Of a stretch of DNA of 64,000 nt, positions 1 through 7,196 are shown one piece after another. Position 1 is the stretch's first letter. Each line of letters starts with the position of its first letter. The notes beneath the pieces were generated by a model. The model searched no databases and was not told the DNA's origin. It saw nothing but the letters and a program-made list of their open reading frames with translations. Source of the DNA: Oligoflexales bacterium (lineage in GTDB: Bacteria > Bdellovibrionota_B > Oligoflexia > Oligoflexales > RGVZ01); contig CANLUT010000001.1 in assembly GCA_947494335.1 (NCBI GenBank), positions 537,649-601,648 on the forward strand, in the 5' to 3' direction. A program made the position numbers and the translations under genes.

Positions 1-2
1 TG

Positions 3-416
3 CCCGGTAAGAAAACTGAGCAGTCTCCCGTTCTTTTCTTTGACGGGGTTTGCGGACTTTGCAATGGTTTTATTCAATTTCTGTTTGACGTTGATGAGCA
101 GTCGGTCTTCAAGGTGGCAACTCTACAAGGGGCGTTCGCTGCTGAAAAACTTCCTGACACACTGACCAAGAATCTTAACAGTTTGGTGGTTATGACAGAT
201 GAAGGCACGTTGCTCACAAAGTCTCGTGCGGTTTTATTTGTGATGACCCGTGTGGGTGGCCTTTGGCGCGTCGTCGGTATCGCGGGAAATCTAGTCCCAG
301 CCGGCGTTACGGATATCGCCTATGATCTAGTGGCCAAAAACCGCTATCAATTGTTTGGAAAACTTGAAAGCTGCCGGATGCCAACACCGGGTGAGCGTTC
401 CAGGTTTGTTGGGTAA
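3..416 (+). CDS. DCC-family thiol-disulfide oxidoreductase (DUF393), 5' end cut by window edge
   Basis: Frame 3 is open from nt 3. Translation PGKKTEQSPVLFFDGVCGLCNGFIQFLF... carries the FDGxCxLC motif of DUF393/DCC proteins. ORF-track entry 114..416 is only the tail of this frame. Confidence 0.75.
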   Translation, partial: PGKKTEQSPVLFFDGVCGLCNGFIQFLFDVDEQSVFKVATLQGAFAAEKLPDTLTKNLNSLVVMTDEGTLLTKSRAVLFVMTRVGGLWRVVGIAGNLVPAGVTDIAYDLVAKNRYQLFGKLESCRMPTPGERSRFVG

Positions 417-563
417 TATATATCTCTTTGGGTCACGCGATCACGGCTAACGGCTTTGGTCAATTATGCCTTTCAAAGTCCCCTAAATTCTGGTTACATG
501 ATAAGCAAGTCTAAGGTGGTCGTATCAATATCTATAAGTTTAAAGCTCACAGAGGATGCAACG

Positions 564-1070
564 ATGATGGCCAAAGTTTTTATGCGATGCTTCGCTTCGC
601 TGGTTCTTTTGCTCGGTGTTAATGGTATCTCCCGTGCCGACTCCAGTAAGTACGCCTTTGCTCAGATAACTGCTGTTGAGGATGGATATTTTGGAGCGAA
701 GAGAGTTTACTACTCATTAAAGTGTAACGAGATTTTTCTAAGTTATCTGACAGAAGACACATCAAATAATGTGCTTTCTGTTGGAGTGCTGAAAGAAATA
801 TTACCGCGGAACTGCAATCGTCCCGTGCGGCAGGAGTGGGTACGCATCACGCCGGAAGGCCGCAATGTCTTGCCAACCGAAGCCTTTGATGAGGTATGGA
901 AGTGCAGTGGCATCTGCTACATCATCTCTGATCCTGCCGAGGACCCCTACAAAAAAGTGACTAAATTCGGTACCAGCGAAGAGCAAGCGAGAGACCGGTT
1001 GCCGTGCCCTGCCGATGATCAGATCGACATGGTCTGTCGTCAAGTTGAGGTTGAAAGTGTGCTTGACTAA
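564..1070 (+). CDS. secreted cysteine-containing hypothetical protein
   Basis: ATG at 564 follows AGAGGA. N-terminus MMAKVFMRCFASLVLLLGVNGISRADS looks like a signal peptide. No family recognised. The 36 upstream codons of the ORF-track entry look spurious. Confidence 0.6.
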   Translation: MMAKVFMRCFASLVLLLGVNGISRADSSKYAFAQITAVEDGYFGAKRVYYSLKCNEIFLSYLTEDTSNNVLSVGVLKEILPRNCNRPVRQEWVRITPEGRNVLPTEAFDEVWKCSGICYIISDPAEDPYKKVTKFGTSEEQARDRLPCPADDQIDMVCRQVEVESVLD

Positions 1071-1110
1071 CATTTTGCGTACTTGAATATGAGATTGAGT
1101 TATTAAAAAT

Positions 1111-1140
1111 GGGCCACCTGCTATTTGCTGCAGGTGGCCC
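1111..1140. terminator. bidirectional rho-independent terminator between convergent genes
   Basis: Perfect 11-bp stem gggccacctgc (1111-1121) / gcaggtggccc (1130-1140) with an 8-nt loop. A-rich on the left and T-rich on the right. Confidence 0.8.
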
Positions 1141-1165
1141 ATTGATCTTTTAACGAAACCTTCGA

Positions 1166-1348
1166 TTATTCGAAGTCGCGGTCCATGACCGTCTTACGAC
1201 CGTCGTTCTTAGCGCGTTCAATTGCTTTTTGTATTTCGCGCTCGACAACTTTGGTTAAAGCGTCCATCACGCTGGCTGATGTATTCATGCCAGATTGATC
1301 TTTGATAAGCTGTTTGACTTTGCTTGCAACTACCAACACCTGACTCAT
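1166..1348 (-). CDS. bacterial histone-fold DNA-binding protein (DUF1931 / HBb, Bd0055-like)
   Basis: 60 aa: MSQVLVVASKVKQLIKDQSGMNTSASVMDALTKVVEREIQKAIERAKNDGRKTVMDRDFE. The size, the VLVV.SKVK.LIK...MNTSA start and the DGRKTVM.RD end match my recollection of singlet bacterial histones. Strong RBS GGAGGGA upstream. Confidence 0.75.
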   Translation of the reverse strand: MSQVLVVASKVKQLIKDQSGMNTSASVMDALTKVVEREIQKAIERAKNDGRKTVMDRDFE

Positions 1349-1410
1349 AGAGTCCCTCCAACATCATAGATTCATGATCTGCTTGTTCTGACCTATAACA
1401 TGTCAGATGT

Positions 1411-1441
1411 GGAGAAAAATGAAAACCCCCAAAAGCGGGGG
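1411..1441 (-). terminator. rho-independent terminator after the 95-aa gene
   Basis: Stem ccccc (1426-1430) / ggggg (1437-1441). On the minus strand it is followed by ttttcattttt. Confidence 0.6.
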
Positions 1442-1470
1442 TCAAAATTTAATCTTTTTGATTAAATATT

Positions 1471-1758
1471 CTATTCGTCGACAGCGGCCTGTTTTTTAAG
1501 GACGTCGACACAGACGTCCACGAGGGCTTCCTTGTTTTCAAGGTGCTTCACAAGCGCTCCCAGGCGATGGCTTAAAAGTCCTGCAAGTTCTTTCAGGTCA
1601 ACGTCTCCAGCCTCCACATGCCGAAGGATGACGTGATCTATCTCGTCTGCAATTTTGAGTAACTTAACCGTGTTGGTGTCGAGTTTTGTTTTCGACGACG
1701 GACGTAGAGGAATAATCTTAGCCTGGGACTCGGTCTTTGGATCGTCACTGTTTGACAT
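1471..1758 (-). CDS. small acidic hypothetical protein
   Basis: 95-aa ORF with GGGAGG-type RBS (cgggaggtttt upstream of the ATG). Predicted helical C-terminal half. No family recognised. Confidence 0.55.
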   Translation of the reverse strand: MSNSDDPKTESQAKIIPLRPSSKTKLDTNTVKLLKIADEIDHVILRHVEAGDVDLKELAGLLSHRLGALVKHLENKEALVDVCVDVLKKQAAVDE

Positions 1759-1963
1759 AAAACCTCCCGCGTAAGGGTAGTGGAGTCCTCAATGTGTGAT
1801 CGGAAAACCACCATCTAACCTTAGTTTATCATAAAAGGCCTCTCTTTGTGCTCCTTGGGTCTCAAAATTACCTCTAAAATACAGAGGCTTATCCATAGGG
1901 TCCGCGAGGTGGCAATCCGGCATGACACCTTGAATTAGCGTGTGTTAAAACCTAGTTTCTCGA

Positions 1964-3706
1964 GTGGGATTGATCGCCAGATGGCGCGATATATTGAGGG
2001 CTTGCTCCGTGCAGAGAGTTTACTTATTGGTGGTTTGCTGGATCACAGCAGGGATTTTCTCTACGAGTATCGAGGCTTCCGAGTCCACCAAGAATCCTTG
2101 TTACCAGGCGCAAGACGATGATCTCCCTCCGGAAAAAGATCTGAGTAAGCTCATGCCCGAGACGCTGCTCGCATCGTACCTTCGAGTGGACACAACAAAT
2201 CCCCCTGGGTGTGAGGGAAGGGCTGCAAGGTTTTGGCAAAAATTTTTTGATCGTTACGGTATCGAGTCTCAGATCATTCCACTGCCCTTCGGCTATGACC
2301 GGGCCAACATCATCGCCAAGGTGCGAGGCACTGCTTCTGGTCAAAGACCCATTATTCTTCTCAATCACATGGATGTTGTGCCTGCTGAGCCATCGCGATG
2401 GTGGAAGCCTCCCTTTGCTGGCCTTATCCGTGGTGGTTTAATTTTTGGTCGAGGTGCCTTTGATATGAAGGCCACAGCAGTGAATCAGGCGCTGATGCTT
2501 GCCAAAGCCAAGACTGAAAGATGGACGATGCATCGGGATTTGATTTTTTTGGGGACAGCTAACGAAGAAGGCCCCTTTGATCCTTCGCAGGGAGTCATCA
2601 GCGGTGCCGAGTGGATGCTGAAGCACCGTCTTCAGGATTTAAATCATGCTGAGTATGTCATTACCGAAGGTGGCTATATCCCCACTCAAAAGGGCCGTCC
2701 AGTCAGGTGGGAGGTCTCGCCGTGTGAGAAGGCTAGGCTTGAGGTTACATTTAAGATTTCTGATGATGTTGCAGATCCATCAGCGCAGCGTCTAGTCGTA
2801 GCGGAAGCGGTGACAAGACTTTGGTCAGGCTTTAAACCGAAAACTGTTGAGCCTTCACCACGCCAAAAACAAAAGATGACGCAAGATCCTGTGCTACGTG
2901 CGGAGTTGCAGACGACTCACGCACTGACGATTTTGGGTGGAGTGGGGAAGGGTAATACGATCGCTGGACAAGCCTTGTCACGATTGATTCTACGTGGATT
3001 TCCGAAAACTACATCCCAATCTCAAATCATCTCAAGCATACGAAAACAGCTGCCCCGGCGGGTGTCGATGACAAATGCCGAGTGGAAACATCATGATTTA
3101 TATTTGACCATGAAAAGCACAGGAGACGCCGGGCATGCCTCTTTGCCACCGGTCGATGGTGGGGCTGGTGTGACCCTGGCGCGAGCGGTTTTAGAGTTGG
3201 AGCGAGCTTTCAAAGCTCGAAAGACCCCTGCAGTAAGTCTTGAAGTGCAGTCCTTTGCTGCGATCTCGGATGAAGCGACCCCTGAGACAACAGAGTTTGT
3301 GTTTGATTTCCGACTGCTTCCGGGTGATTCTCGTGATGCAGTTTTGGCGCAAGTGAATCAGCTGATTTCAGGGCTTCCATTGCAGTTTAACGTCACAGAT
3401 GAGCCCGTCATTGCGGAGGCGTCTCCGATCAACACCCCGTTACTGGAGGCGATCAAACGAGCCAATGTCATGGTTCACCCAAAACAAAAGAGTAGGCCAC
3501 CCGTGGAAACCCCAATTTTAAACTCTACAACGGACGCAGCTTATTTTCGTCAGCGTGGGATGATTGTTTATGGGTTTGAGCCGATCATGCTTGATCCGAA
3601 TGATGAGCATAGTCATGGAGACAACGAACATATATCAATAGAGTCGATGGCTTTTGCAACGCTGGTCACAGAACTTTATTTAAAAGATTTTTTAGGCCGA
3701 CGTTAG
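1964..3706 (+). CDS. secreted M20-family metallopeptidase (ArgE/DapE/CPG2-like)
   Basis: Motifs LNHMDVVPA, FGRGAFDMKA, NEEG and HSHGDNEHI. Hydrophobic N-terminal signal-like segment. Confidence 0.8.
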   Translation: MGLIARWRDILRACSVQRVYLLVVCWITAGIFSTSIEASESTKNPCYQAQDDDLPPEKDLSKLMPETLLASYLRVDTTNPPGCEGRAARFWQKFFDRYGIESQIIPLPFGYDRANIIAKVRGTASGQRPIILLNHMDVVPAEPSRWWKPPFAGLIRGGLIFGRGAFDMKATAVNQALMLAKAKTERWTMHRDLIFLGTANEEGPFDPSQGVISGAEWMLKHRLQDLNHAEYVITEGGYIPTQKGRPVRWEVSPCEKARLEVTFKISDDVADPSAQRLVVAEAVTRLWSGFKPKTVEPSPRQKQKMTQDPVLRAELQTTHALTILGGVGKGNTIAGQALSRLILRGFPKTTSQSQIISSIRKQLPRRVSMTNAEWKHHDLYLTMKSTGDAGHASLPPVDGGAGVTLARAVLELERAFKARKTPAVSLEVQSFAAISDEATPETTEFVFDFRLLPGDSRDAVLAQVNQLISGLPLQFNVTDEPVIAEASPINTPLLEAIKRANVMVHPKQKSRPPVETPILNSTTDAAYFRQRGMIVYGFEPIMLDPNDEHSHGDNEHISIESMAFATLVTELYLKDFLGRR

Positions 3707-3717
3707 GCTTTAAATCT

Positions 3718-4398
3718 CTACTCTGGAGAGATCTTAGCAAATATAAGATTTCGCAAGTCAGCGACACTCGCACAGTAATGATCCACTCCAGCTGTGGTCA
3801 GCTCGTCTTTGGAGCCGTAGCCATAGCCGACGCCGAGGCTTGTGAGTCGGTTCGCTTTGGCAGCATCGGCATCGTGTCTGCGATCACCGATCATGACCAC
3901 CGAGCGATCTGCGGCAATATTATAACGATCCAGCATCCAGCTCAGAAGATCAGCCTTATTGCTGCGCGTCCCGTCTAGCTCACTGCCGTGAATATCTTCA
4001 AAAAACTCTTCCAGTCCCCAGTGTCTGAGAATCTGTCGACCATAGGTGTGGGCTTTGGCCGTAGCAACAAACATGCGCACATCGAATTGCTGAAGATCCT
4101 GCAGTAACTGGCGGATGCCGTCATAAGGAATATCACGGTACATAAGCCCTTCGTTGACGTACCAGTGCCGGTATCGAACCACGGCCTTCTCTATAGTGTC
4201 TTTGTCGGTCGTGCCGATCAGCTTCGCCATACAATCACGCAGAGGTGGACCGATCACCCATAGAAGGTCTTCTTCCGGCGGTACGGTTAGCCCTGACTCT
4301 CGTAAAAACTCTGAGTAAGCACCGATGATGCCGCCACGCGGATCAGTGATCGTCCCATCCAGATCCCATAGTAATGTCTTAAAGGGTTTCGACGTCAT
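3718..4398 (-). CDS. HAD-superfamily hydrolase (phosphoglycolate phosphatase-like)
   Basis: LLWDLDGTITD motif I and GDRRHD motif. I prefer the start at 4398 because it forms an ATGA overlap with the stop of the upstream acyltransferase gene. Confidence 0.8.
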   Translation of the reverse strand: MTSKPFKTLLWDLDGTITDPRGGIIGAYSEFLRESGLTVPPEEDLLWVIGPPLRDCMAKLIGTTDKDTIEKAVVRYRHWYVNEGLMYRDIPYDGIRQLLQDLQQFDVRMFVATAKAHTYGRQILRHWGLEEFFEDIHGSELDGTRSNKADLLSWMLDRYNIAADRSVVMIGDRRHDADAAKANRLTSLGVGYGYGSKDELTTAGVDHYCASVADLRNLIFAKISPE

Positions 4399-5210
4399 TG
4401 TTTGATGAGAAGTTCCCGTGTCCATTCGTACAATTCTTCGCAGTCTTTTTCTGCGTCAGAAACGCCACGTACAGGTCCAAACTCAATCACTGCTTTGAGT
4501 CGTTCGACTTTCAATAAACTCATCAGGTGGGTCGCAAAGGTGTCGTTTTCAATGTAAGCCACCTTGCGCATGGGTTCATAGCGGATGCGAAATGGTTGTA
4601 CGGGGATATTATGTTTTTCAGCGATCTTGAATGCACCGTGGCGCCATGGTTTGCTCTCATACATGCAGGTGGTACCTGACGGAAAAATGCCGATACTACG
4701 TTTGTGTTTCACGATGGTTTCGACAATGGCCTCGGCTGCATTGGCGCGTGATTTGCCACTTTCTCGTTTCACGAACACAGTGCCCGCTTTTTTGCTGGCA
4801 TCACCGATGACAAGCCACTTGGAGACTTCTTCCTTGGCAACAAACACCACGGGAACACTGGCCATGAGCAGCGGGATATCAACGTAGCTCATGTGATTAC
4901 CGACGAAGAGCACAGGTGTGCCCATTTCGGGTGCAACGCCCTTAATCTCAAGGTCCATGGACATGACGCCTAAAACATCTCGAGCCCACTGCAAGATCAT
5001 CGCTTGGAGTTTTACCTGGGGAAGAGATCCATGTTTCTTTTCTATTTTTAGTGCCTCGCGGTAAGCAGAGGCGGTGATCTGAAAGACCTTTGCAAACTTA
5101 GCGGGAACACTTAACTGGCGCTTCAAAGCACGACGACGTGTCCCCTTTGCATGAGTGGAGGGCACGTCGTCTCGGAACTTCAATAAACGTCGGATTCGGT
5201 AGCGGATCAT
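4395..5210 (-). CDS. lysophospholipid / 1-acyl-sn-glycerol-3-phosphate acyltransferase family protein
   Basis: HX4D motif (GNHMSYVD) and FPSGTT block typical of PlsC-family acyltransferases. ATGA overlap with the upstream gene. Confidence 0.8.
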   Translation of the reverse strand: MIRYRIRRLLKFRDDVPSTHAKGTRRRALKRQLSVPAKFAKVFQITASAYREALKIEKKHGSLPQVKLQAMILQWARDVLGVMSMDLEIKGVAPEMGTPVLFVGNHMSYVDIPLLMASVPVVFVAKEEVSKWLVIGDASKKAGTVFVKRESGKSRANAAEAIVETIVKHKRSIGIFPSGTTCMYESKPWRHGAFKIAEKHNIPVQPFRIRYEPMRKVAYIENDTFATHLMSLLKVERLKAVIEFGPVRGVSDAEKDCEELYEWTRELLIKQ

Positions 5211-5854
5211 ATACCAGCTTTGACGCCTACCAAGATGGCTGTGTTATTGAATGTTATATCCTTTGCACCAGAAGTGAGGTCAACGCCGCCCACTTTGCCT
5301 TCGGAAATCGATAAGGTCTCAGAAGACTGTTCAAACGCAACTGATACAGATATGGGAAGAAGTGATGGCTCATAGTTCAGTCCTGCAGCAAGTCGTGGAC
5401 CAGTGCTTTTAAGCACAACGCTTCCAGAAGCAGTCACACCTCCCACTGAGGCTTCAGCGGTTGCCTTATAGGCCGACACGGCTGTGTAACCAACGCGGGC
5501 GAATGGCACTAGATCCATGATGAGTGAGAAGGGCAGCCAAGCAGTGACTTCTGGGACGATGGCTGTAGACGTCATGGATTTAAAACCATGATCAGCAATC
5601 TTGGCGTCAAAGGCGTCAGAAACGAGGCGAACGCCGACTCCGATGGGAACAAGAGGAATTGGGTCAAGGTATCCAGCAATTTCTACGGTCTGGCCGGAAA
5701 GGGTTTTGCCGGAGGAACCACTCTGCTCAAAGTTACCGGAGCGTTGGCCGACACTCAGTTCGCCATGAATCAACGCCATGGCTGGGGTTGTGGCTAAGAT
5801 TAAAGCAGAAATCGCCGCAGTTTTCGTGAAATGCAAAATCATGGATGGTCTCAT
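5207..5854 (-). CDS. small outer-membrane beta-barrel protein
   Basis: ATG at 5854 with AGGAAG RBS. Signal peptide MRPSMILHFTKTAAISALILATTPAMA. Alternating Gly/aromatic-rich beta pattern. The longer ORF-track start is unlikely. Confidence 0.6.
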   Translation of the reverse strand: MRPSMILHFTKTAAISALILATTPAMALIHGELSVGQRSGNFEQSGSSGKTLSGQTVEIAGYLDPIPLVPIGVGVRLVSDAFDAKIADHGFKSMTSTAIVPEVTAWLPFSLIMDLVPFARVGYTAVSAYKATAEASVGGVTASGSVVLKSTGPRLAAGLNYEPSLLPISVSVAFEQSSETLSISEGKVGGVDLTSGAKDITFNNTAILVGVKAGI

Positions 5855-5988
5855 AGGGCTTCCTTGCATAATGAGGATTTGCGATACTAGATAGTAAATC
5901 ATAAAGGGTTTTGATTTTCCACAGATCAGTCTAGCCGGAAGATACAAATCCGGGCGATTATTTTGGGGTCCATTTGCCAAAGTTTTAT

Positions 5989-7134
5989 ATGAATTCAGCG
6001 TTAAAGATCCTCTGCGGGAGCGTCCTGTCAGTGGTTGCAGCCAATGAAGCATGGGCTAGCGGTGTGGCTAATCCCGCAGAACTGGCTGTAGTCAGGCACC
6101 GCGGTCATAGCAAAAAAGGTCATTTTGCAGTCATTGATCAGGGAAGTGACACTGGCTTTGTGATTGGTCGTGATGTGTGCTTTTTTGGATCTGACCTGCG
6201 TAAATTGCTATGTGCCGGAATTGTGCGCACAAAGCCCCGCGCCGCAGCTATTGTGCTGACGCCTGAAGACAAAGATAAAATCACTGATGGAGTATACGCT
6301 TGGCCTGCAGATTTGGGGCCGGTGACCTCTTATATGGTGGAGCGGTTGCAGAATGGCGCCCTCGACGACAAGGGTGATGCCGCAAGCCTGGCTGAGGAGG
6401 AGGAAGATCCTCCAGCGCCCATTCTACCGCCGGTGCTCAAATCCAGAACTCAGTTTCATATTGCCCCGACGATGTCGCTACCGATTTGGATGAATGATCT
6501 GCGGTTTGAGGCAGGAGCGCGTGCGAAAGGCTCTGGCGAAATCTGGAGCAGTGGTGACACGATCCGAGGATCAGTGGTGGGTTTTGGTCTAAGACACCAC
6601 ATCCCTCAAAACGGTAACGGCGATGCAGCCTTTGATGTGACCTATCACTTTGTTCCGCAAAACCCTGTGAAAGACGACTTTGATTTAACAGATGGCTCAG
6701 TAGCGGTGCAGTCAGCTGTGTGGTCTCATCATTACCGATTCCGATGGCTGCGTGGCGCTACTTGGCGTCACAGAGATGATAGTGATTTACTCCTCTATAC
6801 AGGCCTAGGTTACGACCTTATGATGGCCAAGTTTGAAGCTGCGAAGACGGGTGCCTCCAAGGATAAATTGGTGACAGGCTCCATCTCGGCTCATGCAGTG
6901 GAGATTCCTCTTGTGGTCGCTTACCAGATGCATTTTGGTCGCTTCATGCTCACCTCTGGTGCTGACATGGCTATTCCGCTCTATATGGGCGGCGTGAAAG
7001 CCAGAGGAACCCTTCATTATTCTGAAAACGTCGGCAATGCCGACAAATCTCTCGGCGGCGCCATTGACGCCCTCAACGTACGCCGAGGGTGGTTCTCCGT
7101 CGCACTACAGTTTGGTCTGGGTGCGGTGTTTTGA
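5989..7134 (+). CDS. secreted protein with C-terminal beta-barrel-like domain
   Basis: Signal peptide MNSALKILCGSVLSVVAANEAWA. Acidic/Pro linker EEEEDPPAPILPP. The C-terminus ...LQFGLGAVF ends in Phe, as in outer-membrane barrels. Confidence 0.6.
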   Translation: MNSALKILCGSVLSVVAANEAWASGVANPAELAVVRHRGHSKKGHFAVIDQGSDTGFVIGRDVCFFGSDLRKLLCAGIVRTKPRAAAIVLTPEDKDKITDGVYAWPADLGPVTSYMVERLQNGALDDKGDAASLAEEEEDPPAPILPPVLKSRTQFHIAPTMSLPIWMNDLRFEAGARAKGSGEIWSSGDTIRGSVVGFGLRHHIPQNGNGDAAFDVTYHFVPQNPVKDDFDLTDGSVAVQSAVWSHHYRFRWLRGATWRHRDDSDLLLYTGLGYDLMMAKFEAAKTGASKDKLVTGSISAHAVEIPLVVAYQMHFGRFMLTSGADMAIPLYMGGVKARGTLHYSENVGNADKSLGGAIDALNVRRGWFSVALQFGLGAVF

Positions 7135-7196
7135 GGCTTAAATCCACAGCGCTCAGAATATAAGGAATTTTCTAGTCTCGCTTCACCAGCGGGACC

